A stretch of 64,000 nucleotides of DNA from Candidatus Latescibacterota bacterium (GTDB lineage: Bacteria > Latescibacterota > UBA2968 > UBA8231). Where the stretch lies: assembly GCA_965203355.1 (NCBI GenBank), contig OZ241889.1, positions 2,528,001-2,592,000 on the forward strand. Direction: 5' to 3'. Each line of letters starts with the position of its first letter. Position 1 is the first letter of the stretch. Of this stretch, positions 19,260 through 32,400 are shown one piece after another. The notes beneath the pieces are model-generated. The model did not search any database. It was not told where the DNA came from and saw only the letters and a program-made list of their open reading frames with translations. Both the position numbers and the translations under genes were made by a program.

Positions 19260-20077
19260 TGGAGCGGCAGCAGCGAGTGGCGCAGCGACCGATTCGGCGC
19301 TTCCGCGAGGCCGACCAAGCGGCCGAAGACGACTGCGTGACCGTCGAGGAGCCGCTGGAAATCCGCGTGGAAGAGACGCCGATTGCGGTGGTCATGCGCA
19401 CCCCGCGCCACGACTTTGAATTGGCGGCGGGTTTTTTGTGTACCGAGGGCCTGATCAAATCGCCGCAGGAGTTGGGTGCCATCTCGTACTGCACGGCGGC
19501 GGAGCCGCCCAACGAGCAAAATATCGTCGAGGTCAAGCTGGCCGCTGGCGTGGTCTTTGACCGGCAACGCCTCCAGCGCAACTTCTACGCCTCGTCGAGT
19601 TGCGGGGTCTGCGGCAAGGCCAGCATTGAAGCTATCACCTGCGAGGCCCCGGCGCTGACGGGCGATTTTACCGTACCGCTAGCCGTGCTCTACGGCCTCG
19701 GCGACCGCATGCGTCAGGCCCAAGATGTATTCGAACAAACCGGCTCGCTACACGCGGCGGCTCTATTTAGCCGAGCGGGCGCCTTGCGCGTTTTGCGCGA
19801 GGACGTGGGGCGGCACAACGCAGTAGATAAGCTCATCGGCCACTACGCGCTGCACAACGCATCGGTCCCCGCCAAAAGCGTGCTGATGGTCAGCGGCCGC
19901 ACCAGCTTTGAAATCGTGCAGAAGGCGCGGATGGCGGGGATTGCGGTGGTCGCGGCCGTATCGGCACCGTCGAGCTTGGCGGTGGATCTGGCGCGGGAAT
20001 CCGGCATGACGCTGTTGGGATTTTTGCGCGGGCGCGGGTTCAATGTATATACCGGAGAAAAGCGGATTGTCGTTTAG
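19259..20077 (+). CDS. fdhD: formate dehydrogenase accessory sulfurtransferase FdhD
   Basis: VEEPLEI, MRTP..DFELAAGFL, SSCGVCG, TGSLHAAA, REDVGRHNAVDK, SGRTSFE; TGATG overlap with the sulfatase stop. Confidence 0.95.
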   Translation: MERQQRVAQRPIRRFREADQAAEDDCVTVEEPLEIRVEETPIAVVMRTPRHDFELAAGFLCTEGLIKSPQELGAISYCTAAEPPNEQNIVEVKLAAGVVFDRQRLQRNFYASSSCGVCGKASIEAITCEAPALTGDFTVPLAVLYGLGDRMRQAQDVFEQTGSLHAAALFSRAGALRVLREDVGRHNAVDKLIGHYALHNASVPAKSVLMVSGRTSFEIVQKARMAGIAVVAAVSAPSSLAVDLARESGMTLLGFLRGRGFNVYTGEKRIVV

Positions 20078-20095
20078 GCGCGATCGACCGCGACC

Positions 20096-20441
20096 GTTGT
20101 TGAAGCCGGTGCCGAGTACCGCCCCGACCTGCTCAAAATGAGCGAGTTGATTCACTTTCGTCCCTTTACGGGCAGCCATTGCCAGACGCCAGTCACCAAC
20201 GGCCGCGGGGTGCTCGACGCGGATTTTATCACGTGGCGCGACAACTTTCTCAAGCACTTGCTCTGACCATTGGGTCAAGGGACAGCGCCGGGCCACCGAG
20301 CTATGGGCGGTCGTCGAGCTGGGGCCGAAGGGTTCGGGCTACGCGCTCGACTGTTTTCCCGATGTGTGGAAGGACGCGATCGTCGCGCGCAGTGAGATTG
20401 ATAAGGCGTTCAAGGGGGTGCTGCGGCAGGCGAAGAAGTAG
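20096..20441 (+). pseudogene. 5'-truncated, frameshifted remnant of a sugar-phosphate-isomerase / TIM-barrel-like gene
   Basis: Frame A ...LIHFRPFTGSHCQTPVTNGRG...FLKHLL* shifts by +1 near 20263 into DHWVKG...ELWAVVELGPKGSGYALDCFPDVWKDAIVAR...KK*; together they read as one coherent C-terminus; family assignment from memory. Confidence 0.55.
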
Positions 20442-20634
20442 CGTTTTACTCAGAGATCGGCTCGCGCGGCGGTATGTCCGCCCAAGGGCGCGACGAATAG
20501 ATCTGGTAACAATGAGGGCGATCCTTGGCGACATGAAGCGCGCCGGATGCTGCCGGTGACAACGGCGAGAGCGAGCAGGCGTTTTCAACCGCCGCCCGGC
20601 ACGCCTCGGTGGATTGCACGCTGTTGTCCTCGCC

Positions 20635-22260
<1,626 letters not shown>

Positions 22261-22386
22261 TGGAATCCTTAGTTAGAGGGCTATGGGGCGGTGTTTGACC
22301 TGTGCCAGCGTTGGCAGCACCGAGGGGACAACGTAGAATCGCGCAGAGTCGCGGCGTCTCTCGTCTAATATAGTACAAAAGCGCGA

Positions 22387-23430
22387 CTACAAAGCCAACG
22401 CCCAGTGGACCGCTTCGGCGGCCAGTTCCACAGCCCGGTCGATGTCGTCGGCCGCGATGTCTGGATGGGTCACCCAGCGGCAGAACCGCTCCGGCTCGAA
22501 GCCGCCGGTTAATACGCCATGCCGGGCCATAAAGTCCGACCAGGCCGCTAGATCTAGGCGATCTTCGGTCACCTGCATGTAGAGAATATTCGTCACTACT
22601 CGACTGCGATCGACGGCCAGCCCTTCGACGGCGTCGAGCCCGATGGCCAGCCGTGCGGCATGCTCGTGATCTTGCACCATGCGCTCGTTTGTGGTGTCCA
22701 GTGCCGCCAGACAGGCTGCGGCCACGACCCCGCCTTGCTTCCAGTTGCCCCCAAGCATCCAGCGGTTGTGCCGCGCCTGTTCAATGAATTTGCCCGAACC
22801 GGCCAACAAGGCACCGCATGGGGCGGCTAGGACTTTTGATAGCCCTAGGAATACTGAATCGGCGCAAGAAGCCAATTCTTGGGGCGCGACGCCCAACCCG
22901 ATGCAGGCGTTGAAAAGCCGCGCCCCATCGAGATGCACTGGTATCCCGCGTTCCGCCGCCCACCCGGCCAAATGGCCGAGATGATCCAACTCAATCAAGG
23001 TGCCACCGGGGGTATTGACCGAATTCTCCAGACAAAGCAGACCCGGCTTCAGCCCTTCGCCCTCTGCTTCTTCGACCATCAGCCGCGTGCTTCCCGCGTG
23101 CGTCTGGTCTGACACCACTGCGAGTTCGACCCCGGCGACTCGCCGCATTGCCACGCGCTCGTAGTCGAATATGTGAAAGTGCTCCCCCACGATGATGGTT
23201 GCACCGGCTTCGACGTGAGACATCACGGCCGTTAGATTGGCCATGGTGCCGCTGTGTACAAAGAGTGCCGCTTCTTTGCCCAGCAAATGCGCTCCTCTTT
23301 CCTCCAACTGATTTATGGTCGGATCGTCGCGAAAATCGTCGTTGCCCACTTGGGCCTCGGCCATGGCTCGGCGCATGGCGGGCGTCGGCTGACTTGAGGC
23401 ATCGCTGCGAAAATCGAGAATTTTGCTCAA
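22387..23430 (-). CDS. ltaE: low-specificity L-threonine aldolase family (beta-eliminating lyase)
   Basis: DFRSD..SQPT..MR, SGTMAN, HLDGARLFN, LSKVLAAPCG. Confidence 0.85.
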   Translation of the reverse strand: MSKILDFRSDASSQPTPAMRRAMAEAQVGNDDFRDDPTINQLEERGAHLLGKEAALFVHSGTMANLTAVMSHVEAGATIIVGEHFHIFDYERVAMRRVAGVELAVVSDQTHAGSTRLMVEEAEGEGLKPGLLCLENSVNTPGGTLIELDHLGHLAGWAAERGIPVHLDGARLFNACIGLGVAPQELASCADSVFLGLSKVLAAPCGALLAGSGKFIEQARHNRWMLGGNWKQGGVVAAACLAALDTTNERMVQDHEHAARLAIGLDAVEGLAVDRSRVVTNILYMQVTEDRLDLAAWSDFMARHGVLTGGFEPERFCRWVTHPDIAADDIDRAVELAAEAVHWALAL

Positions 23431-23447
23431 GTATGGTTTCCTTTCCC

Positions 23448-24722
23448 TTAGTTGAGTTGGGAAAAGCGATTGGGTGTGAAGAGGGTTTGGAGGGTTTGGG
23501 CGATGTTAGCGCGGGTTACTTGTCGGCCCGCGTCGTGCAGGTCTTGGTATTTTTCGCTTAGGACTTTGGCGAGGATGTCCCGGAAGCGCTGCCACTTGGG
23601 GATGAGGTTTTCCAGTACGCGCGCGTCCGAGTTGAAGGGGATGAAGCGGTCGCCGGTCATCTCTAGGCGCGTCCGCAGGTCCTGTTCGACTAAGCCTGGA
23701 TGGTAATTGAACCACCAGTGGCCAATGACCATGATGTTGTCGTTGTGACAGGAGAGGACGCTGGCGTCGTACTGATTGGCGTTGTGAAGCGGGGTGATGA
23801 AGAAGGCGTTGTCGGGATGGCGGCGCACTAGCTGCTGGTAGGGATACATGTCGGCTAGGCCGAGGCCATCACCGGCGTCGCGCCATTCGGGCTTGAGCTG
23901 GCGGATGGGGCCGGGCATCATGAAGAAGGGCAAGTTGAGTTCGCGCAGGGCTGGTAGCACCGAGTGGTGGAGGACGGCCCCCTCCAGCCCGCTGAGGTCG
24001 TGGACTTGGCAGTGAGGCGGGAACGAACACGCGCCGTACGCGACGCCGTGCAACTTGTCGTACCAGTCGGCGAGGAAGCGACGGATGGCTTGGGCTGTGG
24101 CTGGCTGGCTGGGGTCGTTGCCGACCGCGTAGCCCCAGGCGTTGAGCTGTACCGCGGCGCGCGGGTAGTGCAAGACGAGTTCGTCGAGGCGGTAGCCGGA
24201 CCGATAGCATTCGTCCCACTCGCCGCTTTCGTAATAGACGCGCTCTTGGTCGTTGAATACGTCTTGGGTGCCGACGATGCGGCGCACGCCCGCCAGTTCC
24301 ATACAGCGGCGTTGGATTTCTTCCGGGGCCGTGTCCGCGTAGAACTGACGCGCCTGGTCGAGGGTGGTGGCGTTGGCGTCGAGGCCGAGGGCTTCTAGCG
24401 CGACGATCACGCCGCGACAGCCTTCGTCGAACGGGTCGGAAGCCGCGTCGGCAAACAGCTTCTGCCAAGTAAAGTCGCCTTGTTTTTCTAGCGGCCACGA
24501 ATAAAAGGTAGCCGGGTCGATGTGCCCGGCGGCGAAAAGTTTGCGGCGCACGTAGTGATAGACGAGCTGCTGGTCAATGCCGTACAGGCAGAGCTGGGGG
24601 CCGGCTTGAGGGCCGAGGAGATGGGTATGCCAGTCGTCGACAATCAGCCGTTGGGCCGAGGTTTCTTCGGCGACGACAGCGGGGATTTGGTCGCGGGATA
24701 GGGGTAGGGTCGCAGTGCTCAT
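23448..24722 (-). CDS. uxaC: glucuronate (uronate) isomerase, divergent amidohydrolase-superfamily type
   Basis: DWHTHL metal motif, GID..L.YHY, WWF, SDARVLE.LI.KW. Confidence 0.8.
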   Translation of the reverse strand: MSTATLPLSRDQIPAVVAEETSAQRLIVDDWHTHLLGPQAGPQLCLYGIDQQLVYHYVRRKLFAAGHIDPATFYSWPLEKQGDFTWQKLFADAASDPFDEGCRGVIVALEALGLDANATTLDQARQFYADTAPEEIQRRCMELAGVRRIVGTQDVFNDQERVYYESGEWDECYRSGYRLDELVLHYPRAAVQLNAWGYAVGNDPSQPATAQAIRRFLADWYDKLHGVAYGACSFPPHCQVHDLSGLEGAVLHHSVLPALRELNLPFFMMPGPIRQLKPEWRDAGDGLGLADMYPYQQLVRRHPDNAFFITPLHNANQYDASVLSCHNDNIMVIGHWWFNYHPGLVEQDLRTRLEMTGDRFIPFNSDARVLENLIPKWQRFRDILAKVLSEKYQDLHDAGRQVTRANIAQTLQTLFTPNRFSQLN

Positions 24723-24845
24723 GGTGGAAGGCTCCGGTCGAGTTAAAGGGCCTAACAGTAGGCCAAGTGCAACGGGGCGTCAAAGTTGCCCTTGTATGTC
24801 AACAGACGCAGAGCCTTTGTCGTCAGATGGAGCCGATGTGAAAGT

Positions 24846-27551
24846 TTATTGTGGATACCGAAACGCCTCGACGCGCACCGGGCAGACCTTGAGCTCAGCC
24901 GTGTGGGTGACGGGGTCGTAGCCGGAGCCGGTGAGGACGTTGATCGGCACGTCGTTGAAGCTGAAACTGGCAAAGACCGTGCCGCGCGGCGAGCGGGTGG
25001 TGGCTTTGACGCGGATTTTAATGGTGCCGCGGGCGCTGGACAGGCGGCACAAGTCGCCGTCTGCGAGGCCCCAAGCCGCGAGGTCTTCGGGGTGGACTTC
25101 GAGGCGTTCTTCGGCGAGTAGGTAGTCGATCCCTTGGGCGCGGCCGGTCTGAGTGCGGGTATGGTAGGATTGGAGTCGGCGGCCAGTCGTCAGCCAGATC
25201 GGGAACTCAGCCGACAGAGTCTCGGCCGGGTCGCGGTAGCGGATGACCTTGAAAAGGCCGCGGCCGTTTTTGAAGGTCCCCTCGTGTAAAATTGGCGTCC
25301 CCGGGTGGCCCTTTTCGGGTACGGGCCAGTGGTACTCTCCCTTGTCGATTCGCTCCCAATCGAGGCCAGCATAGATGGGCGAGAGGCCGCACAGTTCGTT
25401 GAATACGTCCTCGGCCGCGGTGTAGTCGAAGCCGCTAAAGCCCAGCCGCTGGGCGAGCTGACTGATGATCCACCAGTCGGGCTTGGCCTCGCCGGGCGGG
25501 GGCACGGCTTGGCGCAGGCGCTGGACCCGGCGCTCGGTGTTGACGCAGACCCCGTCGGTCTCGGCAAAGGCGCTGGCCGGGAAGACCACGTCGGCTAGCT
25601 GGGCGGTCTCGGTGAGAAAAATGTCGATGACCACGAGGTGATCCAGGCTTTTGAGGGCGTGTTCGCAGTGGTTGCGGTCTGGGTCGGAGACGACGGTGTT
25701 TTCGCCGTCGATAATCATGGCGAAAATCTCGCTGCCGCAGCGGTTGAGTGCTTGGACCTTGGTGATGCCTTTGTCCGGGTCTATTTCGCGTCCGTAGAGC
25801 GCGGTGAATTTTGCCCGATTTTCAGGCCGATCAACCGGCTGGAAGCCGGGGTAATTGGATGGGATGGCCCCAGAGTCGCCGGCGCCTTGGATGTTGTTTT
25901 GCCCGCGCATGGGATTGATGCCGGTGCCCTCGCGGCCGATGTTGCCCGTCAGCAGGGCGAGATTGCACAGGCTCTGGACGTTATCGACGCCGCAGATGTG
26001 CTCGGTGATGCCGAGCGTGTAGTAGATGGCGGCTTTGTCGGCGGCCCCGTACCAACGGGCGGCCTGTTCAATGGCGGCGGCGGGCACCTCGGTAATGGTC
26101 GCAGCCCACTCGGGCGTGAACTCGACGACATGCGCTAGGAACGGCTCAAAGTCGGCCGTGCGCGCTTCCATAAAGGCGCGATCGGCTAGATTGTCGCGGG
26201 CGATCACGTGGGCCATAGCCAGCAAGAGTGCCACGTCCGAGCCAACGCGGATCGGCAGGTACAGGTCGGCCATCTGCGCGAGGTCGATCTTGCGCGGATC
26301 GGCCACGATCATTTTGGCCCCGCGCTTGAGTGCCTTCTTAAGGCGCGTCGCGGCCACTGGGTGGCACTCGGTCATGTTGGTGCCGATGCAAAAAATCAGG
26401 TCCGGTTTGTCCATGTCGGCCAAAGGGTTCGACATGGCTCCGCGTCCGATGGTGGCTGCCAGACCGGCAACCGTGGGGGCGTGTCAGGCACGGCTACAGT
26501 TGTCTATGTAGTGCGTACCGTAGCCTCGGCGGATAAACTTTTGCAGGCAGTAGTTGGCTTCCGACGGCGTGCGGCCGGAGGCGACGCCGTAGATGGCGTG
26601 GCGACCGTGTTTGGCGAGCACCTGGGCAAAGCCTTGGGCGGCGCGGTCGAGCGCGGTCTCCCAATCGGTGGGGTGAAGCTGGCCGTCCTCGCCGCGGACT
26701 AGGGGCTGTGTGAGCCGGTCGCGGTGCTGGACGAAGTCAAAGGCAAACTGGCCCTTAATGCACAGCGCACCCTCGTTGGCCGGGCCGTCCATGGCCGGTT
26801 GGATGCCGACGAGCCTATCCCCTTTGGACAGCAGATCCACGGCGCAGCCAACGCCGCAATACGGGCAGACCGAACGGGTCTTTTCGATGGCGCCGGGCAA
26901 GTCGGCGGCGCGCAGGGCCTTTTTGTCGGCGAGGGCCCCGGTGGGGCAGGTCTGGACGCATTGGCCGCAGAAGGTGCAGGACGAATCCTTGAGCAAGCCA
27001 TTGAATTCGGTGGTGATCTGCTTGTGAAAGCCGCGCCCCATCGCGGCAATGGCGTGGTCGCCTTCCTGCTCGGCGCAGACGCGGACGCAGCGATTGCACG
27101 AGATGCACAAGTCGTAATCGCGCAAGATGAAGGGGTTGTCGTCGGCTGGATGTGCTTGGCCTGATCGCTTGCCTTGGAAGCGGCCAGAGCGCGCTTGGTA
27201 GCGGTCGGCGAGGTCGGTTAGCTCTTGCGAAGCGTATCCGCGCAGGGGATCCACCTCGACTGCGCGGTTTTCCGAGACCACCATTTCGAGCAGGGTCTTG
27301 CGGTGCTTTTCAATGGTCGCAGTCGCCGTTTTGACGACCATGCCGGGCGCGGCTTGGGCCGTGCAGGAGGCGACTGGATTGCGCGCTCCCTCGACTTCGA
27401 CCACGCAGAGCCGACAGGCCCCAAAAGGTTCTAGGCGCGGGTCGTAGCAGAGGGTGGGGATGTCGCGGTGCTGGCGTTGGGCAATCTCGTAGAGGGTCTC
27501 GTTAGGAGCAAAGGGAATTTCTTCGCCGTCTAGAGTCAGGGTGGTATCCAT
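24846..27551 (-). CDS. fdhF: selenocysteine-containing formate dehydrogenase alpha subunit (901 aa; UGA = Sec at 26486-26484)
   Basis: ORFs 26484..27551 and 24846..26435 are in the same frame and join through IDNCSRA-U-HAPTVAGL; 2Fe-2S, two ferredoxin 4Fe-4S and CPYCGVGC motifs; RGQNNIQG; molybdopterin-binding C-terminus; SECIS directly 3' of the UGA. Confidence 0.93.
26454..26486 (-). promoter_or_regulatory. bacterial SECIS element
   Basis: mRNA reads UGA, 11 nt, then GGUUGCC-GGUCU-GGCAGCC hairpin with a G-first apical loop, resembling the E. coli fdhF SECIS geometry. Confidence 0.85.
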
Positions 27552-27553
27552 GG

Positions 27554-29224
27554 TCAGGTTCTCGTTCGAGCGCAGACGCGCTGGGCCACTTGGTCGAGAA
27601 AGTACTTGAGCAGGCTATCGGTGATAAGGGGGGCGGCCATGCCGAGGCCACAGGCGCTGGTGGCCTTCATGGCGTCGCCGATGTCTTCTACTTCGCCGCG
27701 CCAAGCCGCTAGGTCGGCAGGCCCTTGGCCGGCGAGTCGCTCGGTCAGCCGCTGGGTGCCGATGCGGCAGGGAAAGCACTTGCCGCAGGACTCCTCGGCA
27801 AAAAAGACCATGGCTTGGCGCGCAATTTCTACCATGTCGCGGCGGTCGTCAAAGGCCATGATGCCGCCCGCGCCGAGCATGGAGCCGCGGGCGCGGAGCG
27901 CCGGCTCATCGAGGGTGACGTTGAGATCGTCGCCAGCGAGAAAACCGCCCGAGAGGCCGGCCATGGTAACGGCTTGGAGCTGGCGACCTGATCCTGGCCC
28001 GCCGGCCCATTCGTGGAGCAAGGTGCCGAGGGGCAGACCAAAGGGAACTTCGTAGTTGCCCGGCCGCTGCACATCGCCCGAGAGGCTGATAACCTTGGTG
28101 CCCGGGCGGCCATCGAGGCCCAGCGAGCGATACCACGCCGCACCGCGTCGTGCGATTTGGGGCACCGAGGCCAAGGTTTCGACGTTGTTGACGGCCGTGG
28201 GCAAGTTTTCAAAACCGTGTGTCACCGGGAAGGGGGGGCGATTGCGCGGATAGGGGTGTTTGCCTTCGAGGCTATTGAGCAAAGAGCCTTCCTCGCCGCA
28301 GATGTACGCGCCGGCCCCGCGGCGGATGTGGAGCGCACAGGAGAAATCGCTGCCGAGAATATGCGCGCCGATTAGCTGGGCGGCGTGCGCCTCGGCCAAT
28401 GCGTTGGCGAGGATGGCGTGGATTTCCGGGTATTCGTAGCGCAGATAGATAAAGGCGCGGGTTGCACCGGTGGCGTACGCGGCGAGCAGCATGCCTTCGA
28501 TGACCGCGTGTGGGTCCCATTCGAGGAGGGCGCGGTCCTTAAAGCAGCCCGGCTCGCCCTCGTCGGCATTGCAGACGACCGTTTTGGGTGCGCCCGGGGC
28601 CTCGGCGACCGCCTGCCACTTCTGGCCGGTGGGAAAGCCGGCCCCGCCCCGCCCCGCCAGTTGGCTGTCGGCAATGAGGGCCAAAAGATCGGCGGGCTTT
28701 CCGGCGAGGGCTTGTTGCAACGCTCGGTACCCGCCGGTTTGGCGATAGCCGGATAAGGTGGCGCGACCGGGGGTGCGGATGTCGGCAAAGACGCATTCTT
28801 CATAGCCGCCGGGATTGGGCGCAGGCCGGGGCGATGGCTTGGGTGCCAGGGCCTCGGCGTTGGCTCCGACCCATACTTGCTGGCCTTTGATGACCGGAAT
28901 GGGATCGTCGCAGCGGCCAGCGCACGGCATGGGCGCGGCATGGGCGAGGCTGGCGCAGAGCGCGTCGGCTCCGCGCAGTGAGCATATCGGCCCGGTGCAG
29001 ACGCGCGGGGTGCTTTGGCCGGGGGCTTGGCGCGCGAAGTGGTGGTAAAAGGTAACGGTGGCGAAAAGCTCGGCGAGGGGGATTTTCAGGCCCGTTGATA
29101 CGGCCTTGAGTGCTGCTTCCGACAAGTAGCCGTCGCGGTCGTGGAAGGCGTGTAGGAGCGGCAAGAGGGGAGCGGTTTCGCATTGCCAACGCGCGACGAG
29201 CGCGTCGTCTGTCCGGGAGATCAA
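27554..29224 (-). CDS. NAD-dependent formate dehydrogenase diaphorase subunit (NuoE-NuoF / FdsG-FdsB fusion)
   Basis: NuoE part: TFYHHF, CTGPIC...CAGRC; NuoF part: GRGGAGFPTG, NADEGEPG, GAGAYICGEE, ESCGKCFPCRIG; start uncertain (TTG 29224 after AAAGG; frame open to 29326). Confidence 0.9.
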   Translation of the reverse strand: MISRTDDALVARWQCETAPLLPLLHAFHDRDGYLSEAALKAVSTGLKIPLAELFATVTFYHHFARQAPGQSTPRVCTGPICSLRGADALCASLAHAAPMPCAGRCDDPIPVIKGQQVWVGANAEALAPKPSPRPAPNPGGYEECVFADIRTPGRATLSGYRQTGGYRALQQALAGKPADLLALIADSQLAGRGGAGFPTGQKWQAVAEAPGAPKTVVCNADEGEPGCFKDRALLEWDPHAVIEGMLLAAYATGATRAFIYLRYEYPEIHAILANALAEAHAAQLIGAHILGSDFSCALHIRRGAGAYICGEEGSLLNSLEGKHPYPRNRPPFPVTHGFENLPTAVNNVETLASVPQIARRGAAWYRSLGLDGRPGTKVISLSGDVQRPGNYEVPFGLPLGTLLHEWAGGPGSGRQLQAVTMAGLSGGFLAGDDLNVTLDEPALRARGSMLGAGGIMAFDDRRDMVEIARQAMVFFAEESCGKCFPCRIGTQRLTERLAGQGPADLAAWRGEVEDIGDAMKATSACGLGMAAPLITDSLLKYFLDQVAQRVCARTRT

Positions 29225-29402
29225 GTTAGATACCTTTGTAATAGAGGACCACCTAAATGAACAATCTATCGGTTGCGCCAACCGAGGGCAACCGAGGACC
29301 GCCGCTCTGGACCATTTGGCCTCCATTCCTTTTACCCCGTGAGACCATTGCGTAGGTTACTGGAAGAAAGTAAAGCGACGGCTAATACAATGGTCATTGA
29401 AC

Positions 29403-32400
29403 ATGGACTCCAACCTTTTGTTGCGCGGCCTTTCGCTCGACCTTGAAGTCGGCAAGCAGGACCGCCGCATTCATGCCTTTGCCGCGGTGCGCCCGGATGT
29501 CGATCGACCCTTGGTATTCCGCGATGGCGACTTGGCAACGGCGTTGGCCGCACTCGACGAATTTGCTGATGGCGCGGCCTTTTTGCTCGGCCACAACCTG
29601 ATCGATTTCGATCGACCCCATCTGAAAGCAGCAAAACCCGATCTCCAGTTGTTGAAGCTGCCGGCCGTGGATACGCTGCGGCTCAATCCCCTCGCCTTTC
29701 CCCGCAATCCCTATCATCACCTCGTCAAACACTATCAGGACGGACCGCTAAAACGCGGGCGCCGGAACGATCCAGAACTCGACGCTCGGATCGCGCTAGA
29801 GGTCTTCGACGATCAGCAAAGCGCGTTACGCGATGCGCCGAGGGGCTTGCTCAAAGCGTGGCATTGGCTGACCGGGACCGGACCCGACGGCGCAGGATTT
29901 GACGCCGTTTTCGACGCCATACGGTGTGCGCCCCGCCCCGCTGACGCGGCCGCGAGCGCAGTAATCCGCGATCAGCTTGCGGGTATTACCTGTCAAAATC
30001 GCGGTCGGGATATTGTCGAGAATGCCACCCAAAGCGGCTGGCCACTGGCTTATGCGCTGGCCTATCTGTCCGTTGCTGGCGGCAATTCCGTGATGCCGCC
30101 GTGGGTTCGACATCAGTTTCCAGCAGCCGGGGCGTTGGTGCGCCAACTACGGGATAGGTCCTGTGGCGAGGCAGACTGCGATTGGTGCCGGGAGCGACAC
30201 GATCCGCGCAAAGAGCTCAAGCGTTGGTTCGGCTTTGATGATTTTCGCCCGGAGCCATTAAACTCCGATGGCCGGCCCATGCAGCAGGCCATCGTCGAAG
30301 CAGCAATGGCTGGGGAACACGTTCTGGGCATTCTGCCCACGGGCACCGGCAAATCGATCTGCTACCAGATACCGGCTTTGTCTCGCTACTACAAGACGGG
30401 TGCTCTCACGGTGGTGATTTCGCCCTTGGTCGCGCTCATGGCGGATCAGGTGGCCGGGCTGGAGGCGCGTGGAGTCGACTCGTGCGTGGCCATCAATGGG
30501 TTGTTGTCTGTGCCCGAGCGCGCCGATGCGCTGGATCGAGTGCGCTTGGGGGATGCGGGTATCCTCATCATCTCGCCAGAGCAACTTCGCAACCGTTCTC
30601 TGCGCCGTGCGCTCGACCAACGCGAGATAGGGGCTTGGGTGCTGGACGAGGCCCATTGCTTGTCGAAGTGGGGGCACGACTTTCGACCGGATTATCGCTA
30701 CGTGGGACGCTTCATTCGCGAAAAGGCGGAACCGGACCCGATCCCACCGGTGCTGTGCCTGACGGCGACCGCCAAGCCCGACGTGATAGCGGACATCAAG
30801 CAACATTTTCGGGACGATCTTGGTACAGGACTGAAGATTTTTGACGGAGGTGCCCAGCGGACCAATCTAGAGTTCACCGTGGTGCCGACGACCGAGGCCG
30901 AGAAATTCGCGCATATCCATCAGATCCTGATGGCCGACCTGCCGCCGGACGCGCCCGGTGGTGCCATCGTCTATTGTGCGACGCAACGACAGACCAAAGA
31001 GGTGGCGGAATTTCTACAGGATAAGGAGATCGCGGCTGACTATTTTCACGCGGGGCTACCGCCGGAGACCAAAAAGAACGTACAGCAATGTTTCATCCTC
31101 GGCGAATTGCGCGTGATCGCGGCTACCAATGCCTTCGGTATGGGCATTGACAAGCCGGATGTGCGGCTGGTGATCCACGCCGACATCCCAGGCTCACTGG
31201 AGAACTACCTACAGGAGGCGGGACGCGCTGGCCGCGACCGTCAGATGGCGCGCTGTGTGCTGCTCTATATGTCGGACGATGTGGATTGGAATTTCCGCCA
31301 ATTAGCGCGTTCGCGGCTCACTCGACGAGAGATTCACGGCGTACTGAGAGCCTTGCGCAATTTGGACCGGAGGAAGCGCATGAAGGGCGAAATCGTGGCT
31401 ACGGCTGGCGAGATCCTCGGCGCGGATGACGAAAAGGTCTTTGAGCGGGACTCCGCCACTGATGATACCCGCGTGCGAACCGCCATTTCTTGGCTTGAGG
31501 AGACGGTACTACTGACCCGGGAAGATAACCAAGTGCAGGTGTTTCCTTCGTCGCTCCGGGTGGACTCGGTGCAGGAAGCACGGAGTCGGTTGGCGAAGGC
31601 GTCCCTGACCGATGACTACCGGCAACGGCTACTTAGAGTCGCCGAGACGCTGATCGACGCCGATCCCGACGAAGGCATCTCCACCGATGAACTGATGGGT
31701 GTATCCGGCCTGAGCGCCGAAGGGGTGCGCGGTGCTCTGTACGACTTGGAGCGGCTAGGCGTCTCCAGCAACGATACGGCCCTGACCGCCTTCGTCCACG
31801 CGGGGGTGGAGCGCAACTCGCGGAAGCGCTTTGACGAGGCAGCGGAGCTGGAGACGGCCCTGATCGCGCATCTGCGCGAGGCGGCCCCGGACATGGGCAA
31901 AGGGGATACCTCAACCCTGCATTTGCGCGTCGCCGCGCAAACCCTGCGAGATGCCGGATTGGTCGATCCGCTGCCGGAACGGCTGCAGCACATTCTCCGC
32001 AGCATAGCCCGCGATGGGCGCGGCGAAAAGGGCGGCACTGGCAGCATCGGAATGCAAAAGCGAGACTCGGAGACGGTTCGGGTGACGCTGCGACGCGAGT
32101 GGTCGGATATGGCGGAACTCGCGGCGCGTCGGCGCGATGGGGCGAAGCTCCTGCTGGATCACTTGCTCGCTTGCCTGCCGTCCGGGAGTCGGGGTACGGA
32201 CTTGCTAGCTGAGACTACCCTCGGCAAGCTGTTGGAAGCGATTACTGCCGACCTGTTTTTCAAGAGCAGAAATCCTGAGAAACTACTAGACCGCGCCCTC
32301 CTGTGGCTACACGAGCAGGAGGTCATTCGCCTGCACAAGGGTTTGGCCGTGTTCCGTCAGGCCATGACTATCCGACTGGCTGAGGAGAAGCGCGGCTTTG

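Noticed and set aside
24846-27551. FDH alpha as two genes or a nonsense pseudogene
   Set aside because: The TGA is at the catalytic Sec position, is in frame and is followed by a SECIS hairpin
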